Under the pieces are notes generated by a model that saw only the letters and a program-made list of their open reading frames with translations, was not told the origin of the DNA and made no database searches. Source: a virus (Duplodnaviria > Heunggongvirae > Uroviricota > Caudoviricetes). From it: a DNA stretch of 11,444 nt. Shown here in pieces: positions 1 through 9,300 of the stretch. Within the stretch, counting starts at the first letter, position 1. Each line of letters starts with the position of its first letter. The position numbers were made by a program, and so were the translations under genes. The DNA lies in the IMG/VR virus record IMGVR_UViG_2693429635_000028; one strand, given 5' to 3'.

Positions 1-141
1 GAGCACGGGGGCTGGAAAGCCTTTCTGTGGACGCCGCCTTATGAGTGGCGGCAGATAAAGGTGACCTGCGCAAAATGGTCGTCGCGGGTCAGTATGCTGC
101 GTGTTGAGTTCAGCGCAGAGTTTGAACAGGTGGTGAACTGA
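1..141 (+). CDS. M: Minor tail protein M, 3' end only (5'-truncated by the window edge)
   Basis: Frame 1 is open from position 1 to the TGA at 139-141 (...RQIKVTCAKWSSRVSMLRVEFSAEFEQVVN*). The stop overlaps the ATG of L at 141 (ATGA-type coupling), as in the lambda M-L junction. Position directly upstream of L fits lambda gene order. Confidence 0.75.
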   Translation, partial: EHGGWKAFLWTPPYEWRQIKVTCAKWSSRVSMLRVEFSAEFEQVVN

Positions 142-839
142 TGCAGGATATCCGGCAGGAAACACTGAATGAATGCACCCGTGCGGAGCAGTCGGCCAGC
201 GTGGTGCTCTGGGAAATCGACCTGACAGAGGTCGGTGGAGAACGTTATTTTTTCTGTAATGAGCAGAACGAAAAAGGTGAGCCGGTCACCTGGCAGGGGC
301 GACAGTATCAGCCGTATCCCATTCAGGGGAGTGGTTTTGAACTGAATGGCAAAGGCACCAGTACGCGCCCCACACTGACGGTTTCTAACCTGTACGGTAT
401 GGTCACCGGGATGGCGGAAGATCTGCAGAGTCTGGTCGGTGGAACGGTGGTCCGGCGTAAGGTTTACGCCCGTTTTCTGGATGCGGTGAACTTCGTCAAC
501 GGAAACAGTGGCGCCGATCCGGAGCAGGAGGTGATCAGCCGCTGGCGCATTGAGCAGTGCAGCGAACTGAGCGCGGTGAGTGCCTCTTTTGTACTGTCCA
601 CGCCGACGGAAACGGATGGCGCTGTTTTTCCGGGACGTATCATGCTGGCCAACACCTGCACCTGGACCTATCGCGGTGACGAGTGCGGTTATAGCGGTCC
701 GGCTGTCGCGGATGAATATGACCAGCCAACGTCCGATATCACGAAGGATAAATGCAGCAAATGCCTGAGCGGTTGTAAGTTCCGCAATAACGTCGGCAAC
801 TTTGGCGGCTTCCTTTCCATTAACAAACTTTCGCAGTAA
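141..839 (+). CDS. L: Tail tip assembly protein L (minor tail protein L)
   Basis: 232-aa ORF, the same length as lambda gpL. Cys-rich C-terminus (CTWTYRGDECGYSG...CSKCLSGC) typical of gpL. Sits between M and K as in lambda. Confidence 0.93.
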   Translation: MQDIRQETLNECTRAEQSASVVLWEIDLTEVGGERYFFCNEQNEKGEPVTWQGRQYQPYPIQGSGFELNGKGTSTRPTLTVSNLYGMVTGMAEDLQSLVGGTVVRRKVYARFLDAVNFVNGNSGADPEQEVISRWRIEQCSELSAVSASFVLSTPTETDGAVFPGRIMLANTCTWTYRGDECGYSGPAVADEYDQPTSDITKDKCSKCLSGCKFRNNVGNFGGFLSINKLSQ

Positions 840-844
840 ATCCC

Positions 845-1003
845 ATGACACAGACAGAATCAGCGATTCTGGCGCACGCCCGGCGATGTGCGCCAGCGGA
901 GTCGTGCGGCTTCGTGGTAAGCACGCCGGAGGGGGAAAGATATTTCCCCTGCGTGAATATCTCCGGTGAGCCGGAGGCGTATTTCCGAGTCTGCCCTGGC
1001 TGA
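845..1003 (+). pseudogene. K: N-terminal fragment of tail tip assembly protein K (start of the JAB/MPN domain); frame ends prematurely at TGA 1001-1003
   Basis: ATG at 845, 5 nt after the L stop. Translation MTQTESAILAHARRCAPAESCGFVVSTPEGERYFPCVNISGEPEAYFRVCPG* contains the JAB/MPN N-terminal signature (AxxHAxxxxPxExCG). It stops after 52 codons and is out of frame (frame 2) with the downstream K-like ORF (frame 1). Confidence 0.5.
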
Positions 1004-1026
1004 GTGAGGCCGACCGGCGGCTGCAG

Positions 1027-1515
1027 GTGCAGAGTGATTTGCCGTGGTGGCTGGTCTGCCGGGGGACGATTCATAAGTTCCGCTGTGTGCCGCATCTCAC
1101 CGGGCGGCGCTTTGAGCACGGTGTGACGGACTGTTACACACTGTTCCGGGATGCTTATCATCTGGCGGGGATTGAGATGCCGGACTTTCATCGTGAGGAT
1201 GACTGGTGGCGTAACGGCCAGAATCTCTATCTGGATAATCTGGAGGCGACGGGGCTGTATCAGGTGCCGTTGTCAGCGGCACAGCCGGGCGATGTGCTGC
1301 TGTGCTGTTTTGGTTCATCGGTGCCGAATCACGCCGCAATTTACTGCGGCGACGGCGAGCTGCTGCACCATATTCCTGAACAACTGAGCAAACGAGAGAG
1401 GTACACCGACAAATGGCAGCGACGCACACACTCCCTCTGGCGTCACCGGGCATGGCGCGCATCTGCCTTTACGGGGATTTACAACGATTTGGCCGCCGCA
1501 TCGACCTTCGTGTGA
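1027..1515 (+). CDS. K: Tail tip assembly protein K, C-terminal NlpC/P60 (C40 peptidase-like) portion; no ATG start, the first conventional start is GTG at 1027
   Basis: 162-aa ORF (frame 1, open from 970 after TGA 967-969). Contains the SEAD remnant of the JAB motif just upstream (1003-1014) and an NlpC/P60-like Cys/His pair (DCYTLFRDAYHLAG ... HHIPEQ). Overlaps the start of I by 103 nt, as K does in lambda. Confidence 0.75.
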   Translation: MQSDLPWWLVCRGTIHKFRCVPHLTGRRFEHGVTDCYTLFRDAYHLAGIEMPDFHREDDWWRNGQNLYLDNLEATGLYQVPLSAAQPGDVLLCCFGSSVPNHAAIYCGDGELLHHIPEQLSKRERYTDKWQRRTHSLWRHRAWRASAFTGIYNDLAAASTFV

Positions 1516-2084
1516 AAACGGGGGCTGAAGCCATCCGGGCACTGGCCACACAGCTCCCGGCGTTTCGTCAGAAACTGAGCGACGGCTGGTATCAGGTACG
1601 GATTGCCGGGCGGGACGTCAGCACGTCCGGATTGACGGCGCAGTTACATGAGGTTCTGCCTGACGGCGCTGTGATTCATATTGTTCCCAGAGTCGCCGGG
1701 GCCAAGTCAGGTGGCGTATTCCAGATTGTCCTGGGGGCTGCCGCCATTGCCGGATCATTCTTTACCGCCGGAGCCACCCTTGCAGCATGGGGGGCAGCCA
1801 TTGGGGCCGGTGGTATGACCGGCATCCTGTTTTCTCTCGGTGCCAGTATGGTGCTCGGTGGTGTGGCGCAGATGCTGGCACCGAAAGCCAGAACTCCCCG
1901 TACACAGACAACGGATAACGGTAAGCAGAACACCTATTTCTCCTCACTGGATAACATGGTTGCCCAGGGCAATGTTCTGCCTGTTCTGTACGGGGAAATG
2001 CGCGTGGGGTCACGCGTGGTTTCTCAGGAGATCAGCACGGCAGACGAAGGGGACGGTGGTCAGGTTGTGGTGATTGGTCGCTGA
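1413..2084 (+). CDS. I: Tail tip assembly protein I (ubiquitin-like beta-grasp N-terminus, Gly/Ala-rich hydrophobic C-terminus)
   Basis: 223-aa ORF, the same length as lambda gpI. Characteristic Gly/Ala-rich hydrophobic stretch (GAAAIAGSFFTAGATLAAWGAAIGAGGMTGILFSLGASMVLGG). Start lies inside the 3' end of K as in lambda. Confidence 0.93.
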   Translation: MAATHTLPLASPGMARICLYGDLQRFGRRIDLRVKTGAEAIRALATQLPAFRQKLSDGWYQVRIAGRDVSTSGLTAQLHEVLPDGAVIHIVPRVAGAKSGGVFQIVLGAAAIAGSFFTAGATLAAWGAAIGAGGMTGILFSLGASMVLGGVAQMLAPKARTPRTQTTDNGKQNTYFSSLDNMVAQGNVLPVLYGEMRVGSRVVSQEISTADEGDGGQVVVIGR

Positions 2085-2102
2085 TGCAAAATGTTTTATG
2101 TG

Positions 2103-2122
2103 AAACCGCCTGCGGGCGGTTT
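2103..2122 (+). promoter_or_regulatory. Stem-loop in the I-J intergenic region (8-bp stem AAACCGCC/GGCGGTTT, loop TGCG) followed by a T-rich tract; possible attenuator or mRNA-stability element
   Basis: Perfect inverted repeat read directly: aaaccgcc-tgcg-ggcggttt, then tgtcgtttat. An SD-like GAGGA follows at 2138-2142, ahead of the J start at 2145. Confidence 0.4.
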
Positions 2123-2144
2123 TGTCGTTTATGGAGCGTGAGGA

Positions 2145-5100
2145 ATGGGTAAAGGAAGCAGTAAGGGGCATACCCCGCGCGAAGCGAAGGACAACCTGAA
2201 GTCCACGCAGTTGCTGAGTGTGATTGATGCCATCAGTGAAGGGCCGATTGAAGGTCCGGTGGATGGATTAAAAAGCGTGCTGCTGAACAGTACGCCGGTG
2301 CTGGACAGTGATGGGAATACCAACATCGCCGGTGTCACGGTGGTGTTCCGGGCTGGTGAGCAGGAGCAGACTCCGCCGGAGGGATTTGAATCCTCCGGCT
2401 CCGAGACGGTGTTGGGTACGGAAGTGAAATACGACACGCCGATCACCCGCGCCATCACGTCGGCAAACATCGACCGACTGCGCTTTACCTTCGGTGTGCA
2501 GGCACTGGTGGAAACCACCTCAAAGGGGGACCGGAATCCGTCGGAAGTTCGCCTGCTGGTTCAGATACAGCGTAATGGTGGCTGGGTGACGGAAAAAGAC
2601 ATCACCATTAAGGGCAAAACCACCTCGCAGTATCTGGCCTCGGTGGTGGTGGATAACCTGCCGCCGCGCCCGTTTAATATCCGGATGCGCAGAATGACGC
2701 CGGACAGCACCACAGACCAGCTGCAGAACAAAACGCTCTGGTCGTCATACACCGAAATCATCGATGTGAAACAGTGCTACCCGAACACGGCACTGGTCGG
2801 CGTGCAGGTGGACTCGGAACAGTTCGGCAGCCAGCAGGTGAGCCGTAATTATCATCTTCGCGGGCGCATTCTGCAGGTGCCGTCGAACTATAACCCGCAG
2901 ACGCGGCAATACAGCGGTATCTGGGACGGAACGTTTAAGCCAGCATACAGCAACAACATGGCCTGGTGTCTGTGGGATATGCTGACCCATCCGCGCTACG
3001 GCATGGGGAAGCGTCTCGGTGCGGCGGATGTGGACAAATGGGCGCTGTATGTCATCGGCCAGCATTGCGACCAGTCGGTGCCGGATGGCTTTGGTGGCAC
3101 GGAGCCGCGCATCACCTGTAATGCCTACCTGACCACACAGCGCAAGGCGTGGGATGTTCTCAGTGATTTCTGCTCGGCGATGCGCTGTATGCCGGTATGG
3201 AACGGGCAGACGCTGACGTTCGTGCAGGACCGACCGTCGGATAAGGTGTGGACCTATAACCGCAGTAATGTGGTGATGCCGGATGATGGTGCGCCGTTCC
3301 GCTACAGCTTCAGCGCCCTGAAGGACCGCCATAATGCCGTTGAGGTGAACTGGATTGACCCGAATAACGGCTGGGAGACGGCGACAGAGCTTGTGGAGGA
3401 CACGCAGGCCATTGCCCGTTACGGTCGTAACGTCACGAAGATGGATGCTTTTGGCTGTACCAGCCGGGGGCAGGCACACCGCGCCGGGCTGTGGCTGATT
3501 AAAACGGAGCTGCTGGAGACGCAGACCGTGGACTTCAGCGTGGGTGCCGAAGGGCTTCGCCATGTACCGGGCGATGTCATTGAAATCTGCGATGATGACT
3601 ATGCCGGTATCAGCACCGGCGGGCGCGTGCTGGCGGTGAACAGCCAGACCCGGACGCTGACGCTCGACCGTGAAATCACGCTGCCATCTTCCGGTACCAC
3701 GCTGATAAGCCTGGTTGACGGGCAGGGGAGTCCGGTCAGCGTGGAGGTCCAGTCCGTCACCGACGGCGTGAAGGTGAAAGTGAGCCGTGTTCCTGACGGC
3801 GTTGCCGGATACAGCGTATGGGGGCTGAAGTTGCCGACGCTGCGCCAGCGCCTGTTCCGCTGCGTGAGTATCCGTGAGAACGATGACGGCACGTATGCCA
3901 TCACCGCCGTGCAGCATGTACCGGAAAAAGAGGCCATCGTGGATAACGGGGCGCACTTTGACGGCGACCAGAGCGGCACGGTGAATGGTGTCACGCCGCC
4001 AGCGGTGCAGCACCTGACTGCCGAAGTCACCGCAGACAGCGGGGAATATCAGGTGCTGGCGCGCTGGGACACGCCGAAGGTGGTGAAGGGGGTGAGCTTC
4101 CTGCTCCGTCTGACCGTAACAGCGGACGACGGCAGTGAGCGGCTGGTCAGCACGGCCCGGACGACGGAAACCACATACCGCTTCAGGCAACTGGCGCCGG
4201 GGAACTACAGGCTGACAGTCCGGGCGGTAAATGCGTGGGGGCAGCAGGGCGATCCGGCGTCGGTATCGTTCCGGATTGCCGCACCGGCAGCACCGTCGAG
4301 GATTGAGCTGACGCCGGGCTATTTTCAGATAACCGCCACGCCGCATCTTGCCGTTTATGACCCGACGGTACAGTTTGAGTTCTGGTTCTCGGAAAAGCGG
4401 ATTACCGATATCAGGAAGGTTGAAACCACAGCGCGCTATCTTGGTACGGCGCTGTACTGGATAGCCGCCAGTATCAATATCAAACCGGGCCATGATTATT
4501 ATTTTTACGTTCGCAGTGTGAACACCGTTGGCAAATCGGCATTCGTGGAGGCTGTCGGTCAGCCGAGTGATGATGCATCAGGCTATCTGGATTTTTTCAA
4601 AGGCAAGATAGGGAAAACCCATCTGGCTCAGGAGCTGTGGACGCAGATTGATAACGGTCAGCTTGCGCCTGACCTGACTGAAATCAGGACGTCCATAACG
4701 GATGTCAGCAATGAAATAACACAGACCGTCAATAAGAAACTGGAAGACCAGAGTGCAGCGATCCAGCAGATACAGAAGGTTCAGGTTGATACAAATAATA
4801 ACCTGAACAGCATGTGGGCAGTGAAGCTGCAGCAGATGCAGGACGGACGCCTTTATATTGCGGGTATCGGTGCCGGTATTGAGAACACCCCTGACGGCAT
4901 GCAGAGTCAGGTGCTGCTGGCAGCAGACAGGATTGCGATGATTAATCCTGCGAATGGCAACACAAAGCCGATGTTTGTTGGTCAGGGCGATCAGATATTC
5001 ATGAATGAAGTGTTCCTGAAACGCCTGACGGCCCCCACCATTACCAGCGGCGGTAATCCTCCGGCATTTTCCCTGACATCAGACGGGAGACTGACGGCGA

Positions 5101-5642
5101 AAAATGCGGATATCAGTGGCAGTGTGAATGCGAACTCAGGAACGCTCAACAATGTCACGATTAACCAGAACTGTACGATTAAGGGCATGCTGGAGGCGAC
5201 CCAGGTCAGAGGAGATTTCGTTAAAGCTGTATCAAAAGCCTTCCCGAAAAAAGTCGGTACGTGGGGTAACACGGAAACACCAAACGGTACGGTTACAGTC
5301 ACCATCAGCGATGATCATAACTTTGACCGCCAGATTATTATTCCGCCCATTATTTTTAACGGTATAGCGTATGACGATCCGGGGAGCGGAAATAACCCAG
5401 GAGGCACGCGATACACGGGTTATGGTTTTGAAGTTCGCAAAAACGGCGTATTAATCGCATCCAGAGAAACTAAAGGGGCCATTCCCGGTAGTTACAGTGC
5501 AGTTATTGATATGCCGAGTGGCAGGGGAAGCGTCACTCTGGAGTTTAAGATTTTCCAGAAAGGCAATCAGGGGGCAGGCAATATCACCGACTGTACGGTG
5601 ATTGTGACCAAAAAAGCCGCTTCCGGCATCAGTATTCGTTGA
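2145..5642 (+). CDS. J: Host specificity protein J (tail tip central fibre), 1165 aa; N-terminal ~800 aa lambda-like with fibronectin type III repeats, C-terminal receptor-binding region divergent
   Basis: ORF begins [38 protein letters not shown], as lambda gpJ does. FN3-like segment ([26 protein letters not shown]). Good SD (GAGGA) 3 nt upstream. Length is 1165 aa versus 1132 aa for lambda J. Confidence 0.95.
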   Translation: MGKGSSKGHTPREAKDNLKSTQLLSVIDAISEGPIEGPVDGLKSVLLNSTPVLDSDGNTNIAGVTVVFRAGEQEQTPPEGFESSGSETVLGTEVKYDTPITRAITSANIDRLRFTFGVQALVETTSKGDRNPSEVRLLVQIQRNGGWVTEKDITIKGKTTSQYLASVVVDNLPPRPFNIRMRRMTPDSTTDQLQNKTLWSSYTEIIDVKQCYPNTALVGVQVDSEQFGSQQVSRNYHLRGRILQVPSNYNPQTRQYSGIWDGTFKPAYSNNMAWCLWDMLTHPRYGMGKRLGAADVDKWALYVIGQHCDQSVPDGFGGTEPRITCNAYLTTQRKAWDVLSDFCSAMRCMPVWNGQTLTFVQDRPSDKVWTYNRSNVVMPDDGAPFRYSFSALKDRHNAVEVNWIDPNNGWETATELVEDTQAIARYGRNVTKMDAFGCTSRGQAHRAGLWLIKTELLETQTVDFSVGAEGLRHVPGDVIEICDDDYAGISTGGRVLAVNSQTRTLTLDREITLPSSGTTLISLVDGQGSPVSVEVQSVTDGVKVKVSRVPDGVAGYSVWGLKLPTLRQRLFRCVSIRENDDGTYAITAVQHVPEKEAIVDNGAHFDGDQSGTVNGVTPPAVQHLTAEVTADSGEYQVLARWDTPKVVKGVSFLLRLTVTADDGSERLVSTARTTETTYRFRQLAPGNYRLTVRAVNAWGQQGDPASVSFRIAAPAAPSRIELTPGYFQITATPHLAVYDPTVQFEFWFSEKRITDIRKVETTARYLGTALYWIAASINIKPGHDYYFYVRSVNTVGKSAFVEAVGQPSDDASGYLDFFKGKIGKTHLAQELWTQIDNGQLAPDLTEIRTSITDVSNEITQTVNKKLEDQSAAIQQIQKVQVDTNNNLNSMWAVKLQQMQDGRLYIAGIGAGIENTPDGMQSQVLLAADRIAMINPANGNTKPMFVGQGDQIFMNEVFLKRLTAPTITSGGNPPAFSLTSDGRLTAKNADISGSVNANSGTLNNVTINQNCTIKGMLEATQVRGDFVKAVSKAFPKKVGTWGNTETPNGTVTVTISDDHNFDRQIIIPPIIFNGIAYDDPGSGNNPGGTRYTGYGFEVRKNGVLIASRETKGAIPGSYSAVIDMPSGRGSVTLEFKIFQKGNQGAGNITDCTVIVTKKAASGISIR

Positions 5643-5663
5643 AATATTTATAACCCCAATAAA

Positions 5664-5688
5664 GGGCGTCAGGAATGACGCCTTTTTT
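5664..5688 (+). terminator. Rho-independent terminator between J and lom
   Basis: GC-rich hairpin GGCGTCA-GGAA-TGACGCC (7-bp stem, 4-nt loop, extendable by a G-U pair) immediately followed by TTTTTT (5683-5688). Confidence 0.75.
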
Positions 5689-5712
5689 ATTGCAGAAAAG
5701 CGAGAGGTAATT

Positions 5713-6312
5713 ATGCGTAAAGTTTGTGCAGCCATTTTGTCCGCAGCCATTTGTCTGGCCGTATCCGGTGCGCCTGCATGGGCGTCTGAACATCAGTCCA
5801 CGCTGAGCGCGGGGTATCTTCATGCCTCGACGAACGTCCCCGGCAGTGATGATCTGAACGGGATTAACGTGAAATACCGTTATGAGTTTACGGACACACT
5901 GGGGCTGGTGACGTCATTCAGCTATGCAGGAGACAAGAATCGCCAGCTGACCCGTTACAGCGATACCCGCTGGCATGAAGATTCCGTTCGTAACCGCTGG
6001 TTCAGCGTAATGGCGGGGCCGTCTGTGCGCGTGAATGAATGGTTCAGCGCGTATGCGATGGCGGGTGTAGCTTACAGCCGTGTGTCGACTTTCTCCGGGG
6101 ATTATCTTCGCGTAACTGACAACAAGGGGAAAAAGCACGATGTGCTGACCGGAAGTGATGACGGTCGCCACAGCAACACGTCTCTGGCGTGGGGGGCTGG
6201 CGTGCAGTTTAACCCGACCGAATCCGTGGCCATTGATATTGCTTATGAAGGCTCCGGCAGTGGTGACTGGCGCACTGACGGTTTCATCGTGGGTGTCGGT
6301 TATAAATTCTGA
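5713..6312 (+). CDS. lom: Lom/Ail/PagC/OmpX-family outer-membrane beta-barrel protein (lysogenic-conversion-type moron)
   Basis: 199-aa ORF with an N-terminal signal peptide (MRKVCAAILSAAICLAVSGAPAWA|SE) and a C-terminal ...DIAYEGSGSGDWRTDGFIVGVGYKF ending in an aromatic residue, as in lambda Lom. SD GAGAGG 6 nt upstream. Same position as lambda lom, downstream of J. Confidence 0.9.
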   Translation: MRKVCAAILSAAICLAVSGAPAWASEHQSTLSAGYLHASTNVPGSDDLNGINVKYRYEFTDTLGLVTSFSYAGDKNRQLTRYSDTRWHEDSVRNRWFSVMAGPSVRVNEWFSAYAMAGVAYSRVSTFSGDYLRVTDNKGKKHDVLTGSDDGRHSNTSLAWGAGVQFNPTESVAIDIAYEGSGSGDWRTDGFIVGVGYKF

Positions 6313-6338
6313 TTAGCCAGGTAACACAGTGTTATGAC

Positions 6339-6365
6339 AGCCCGCCGGTTCAGGCGGGCTTTTTT
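6339..6365 (+). terminator. Rho-independent terminator between lom and stf
   Basis: Hairpin AGCCCGCC-GGTTCA-GGCGGGCT (8-bp stem, 6-nt loop) followed by TTTTT (6361-6365). Confidence 0.8.
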
Positions 6366-6376
6366 GTGGGGTGAAT

Positions 6377-9300
6377 ATGGCAGTAAAGATTTCAGGTGTA
6401 CTGAAAGACGGCACAGGAAAACCGGTACAGAACTGCACAATCCAGCTGAAAGCAAAACGTAACAGCACCACGGTGGTGGTGAACACGCTGGCCTCAGAAA
6501 ATCCGGATGAAGCCGGGCGTTACAGCATGGACGTTGAGTACGGGCAGTACAGCGTTATTCTGTTGGTGGAGGGATTCCCGCCGTCACATGCCGGGACCAT
6601 CACCGTGTATGAAGATTCCCGACCCGGTACGCTGAATGATTTTCTCGGTGCCATGACGGAGGATGATGCCCGTCCTGAGGCACTGCGCCGTTTTGAACTG
6701 ATGGTGGAAGAGGTGGCGCGTAACGCGTCCGCGGTGGCACAGAACACGGCAGCCGTGAAGAAGTCAGCCAGCGATGCCAGCACATCAGCCCGTGAGGCGG
6801 CAACCCATGCGACTGATGCTGCAGGCTCAGCACGCGCAGCCAGCACGTCAGCCGGACAGGCCGCGTCGTCGGCTCAGTCAGCATCTTCCAGCGCAGGAAC
6901 GGCATCAACAAAGGCCAGTGAAGCATCGAAAAGTGCTGCTGCTGCAGAGTCCTCAAAAAGCGCGGCAGCTACCAGTGCCGCTGCGGCGAAAACGTCAGAA
7001 ACGAATGCGGCAGCGTCACAACAATCAGCAGCCACTTCTGCATCCGCCGCGACCACGAAGGCGTCAGAAGCAGCCACCTCAGCCCGGGATGCGGCGGCCT
7101 CAAAAGAGGCAGCGAAATCATCAGAAACGAACGCATCATCAAGCGCCAGTAGTGCCGCTTCCTCGGCAACGGCGGCAGCAAATTCTGCGAAGGCGGCCAA
7201 AACGTCTGAGACAAACGCCAGGTCTTCTGAAACGGCAGCGGGACAGAGCGCCTCGGCTGCGGCAGGCTCAAAAACAGCGGCTGCGTCGTCTGCCAGTGCC
7301 GCGTCAACAAGTGCCGGGCAGGCCTCAGCCAGTGCCACCGCCGCCGGAAAATCGGCAGAAAGTGCCGCATCGTCTGCTTCAACAGCCACAACGAAGGCTG
7401 GCGAAGCCACTGAACAGGCCAGCGCAGCAGCGAGGTCTGCTTCCGCAGCGAAGACATCCGAGACGAACGCGAAAGCGTCGGAAACCAGCGCAGAATCCTC
7501 AAAAACGGCTGCCGCATCGTCCGCCAGTTCGGCGGCGTCATCGGCATCATCGGCGTCTGCTTCAAAAGATGAGGCGACCAGACAAGCGTCCGCAGCGAAG
7601 GGCAGCGCCACGACAGCATCCACGAAGGCGACAGAGGCAGCTGGCAGTGCGACGGCGGCAGCACAGAGCAAAAGTACGGCGGAATCCGCGGTAACGCGCG
7701 CCGAGACAGCGGCAAAACGGGCAGAGGATATTGCATCCGCCGTGGCGCTTGAGGATGCAAGTACGACGAAAAAGGGGATAGTACAGCTCAGCAGTGCGAC
7801 CAACAGTACGTCTGAAACGCTGGCGGCAACGCCAAAGGCAGTAAAATCAGCCTATGACAATGCAGAGAAACGTCTGCAGAAAGACCAGAACGGCGCTGAT
7901 ATACCCGATAAGGGACGCTTCCTGAACAACATTAACGCGGTCAGTAAAACAGACTTTGCTGATAAGCGTGGTATGCGTTATGTGCGGGTTAACGCTCCTG
8001 CAGGTGCAATATCTGGAAAATATTACCCTGTTGTTGTTATGCGTTCTGCTGGCTCAGTAAGCGAACTGGCATCAAGGGTCATTATCACCACGGCAACGCG
8101 AACCGCAGGCGATCCGATGAATAACTGCGAGTTTAACGGATTTGTTATGCCTGGTGGCTGGACTGACAGGGGGCGTTATGCTTATGGAATGTTCTGGCAA
8201 TATCAAAACAATGAACGAGCCATCCACTCAATAATGATGAGTAATAAGGGCGATGATTTGCGCTCTGTGTTCTATGTTGATGGCGCTGCTTTCCCTGTTT
8301 TTGCGTTTATCGAAGATGGCCTGTCAATATCCGCACCTGGTGCTGATCTCGTTGTTAATGATACGACCTATAAGTTTGGGGCAACAAATCCGGCGACTGA
8401 ATGTATCGCGGCGGACGTTATCCTTGATTTTAAGAGTGGGCGTGGTTTTTATGAGTCTCATTCGTTAATCGTTAACGATAACTTGTCGTGCAAAAAACTT
8501 TTTGCCACAGACGAAATTGTAGCGCGTGGTGGTAATCAGATTCGAATGATAGGTGGGGAGTATGGGGCATTATGGCGTAATGATGGCGCTAAAACTTACC
8601 TGCTGCTTACCAATCAAGGTGATGTTTATGGTGGCTGGAATACATTAAGACCGTTTGCTATTGATAACGCAACCGGCGAACTGGTTATTGGAACCAAACT
8701 GTCCGCAAGTCTGAACGGTAATGCATTAACAGCAACAAAGCTGCAAACGCCAAGACGGGTTTCTGGTGTTGAGTTTGATGGTTCCAAAGATATTACTTTA
8801 ACCGCCGCGCATGTGGCTGCTTTTGCCAGAAGGGCAACGGATACATATGCCGATGCGGATGGTGGCGTTCCCTGGAATGCCGAATCAGGCGCTTACAATG
8901 TCACCCGCTCTGGCGACAGCTATATTCTGGTTAACTTCTATACCGGAGTCGGAAGTTGCCGGACCCTGCAGATGAAGGCGCATTACAGAAATGGTGGTCT
9001 GTTCTACCGTTCTTCAAGAGATGGCTATGGTTTTGAGGAAGACTGGGCAGAAGTTTATACCTCGAAAAATCTTCCACCAGAAAGCTACCCAGTCGGCGCA
9101 CCAATCCCGTGGCCATCAGATACCGTTCCGTCTGGTTATGCCCTGATGCAGGGGCAGACTTTTGACAAATCTGCCTACCCGAAACTTGCTGCCGCTTATC
9201 CGTCAGGCGTGATCCCTGATTTGCGTGGCTGGACGATTAAGGGCAAGCCCGCCAGTGGTCGTGCCGTATTGTCTCAGGAACAGGATGGCATTAAATCGCA

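Noticed and set aside
39-851. 270-aa minus-strand ORF overlapping all of L
   Set aside because: Antisense to the conserved L gene, with no start context or motifs. Spurious.
970-1003. Programmed -1 ribosomal frameshift joining the K N-terminal ORF (frame 2) to the K C-terminal ORF (frame 1)
   Set aside because: The two frames overlap at 970-1000, but I see no X-XXY-YYZ slippery heptamer or obvious downstream stimulatory structure there, and a fusion would still lack the HxH motif. A deletion is the simpler explanation. Not excluded experimentally.
820-1191. 123-aa minus-strand ORF across the L-K junction
   Set aside because: Antisense to the K region; the K-family similarity is on the + strand. 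Spurious.
2745-4493. 582-aa ORF on the minus strand inside J
   Set aside because: It lies entirely antisense to the well-supported J coding sequence, is Arg/Pro/Ala-rich as expected from the reverse complement of a GC-rich gene, and has no recognisable motifs. Treated as a spurious antisense ORF.
5639-5667. Possible sigma70 promoter for lom (TTGAAA at 5639-5644 overlapping the J stop)
   Set aside because: No acceptable -10 hexamer at the right spacing (AAGGGC at 17 nt), and the element would fire directly into the terminator hairpin. Any lom promoter is more likely further upstream inside J.
6774-7803. Long ORFs in alternative frames across the stf repeat region (+ 306 aa Arg/Pro/Gln-rich; - 309 aa Ala/Asp-rich; - 263 aa)
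   Set aside because: These are artefacts of the GC-rich, low-complexity Ala/Ser codon repeats of stf. They have extreme composition and overlap a strongly supported gene.
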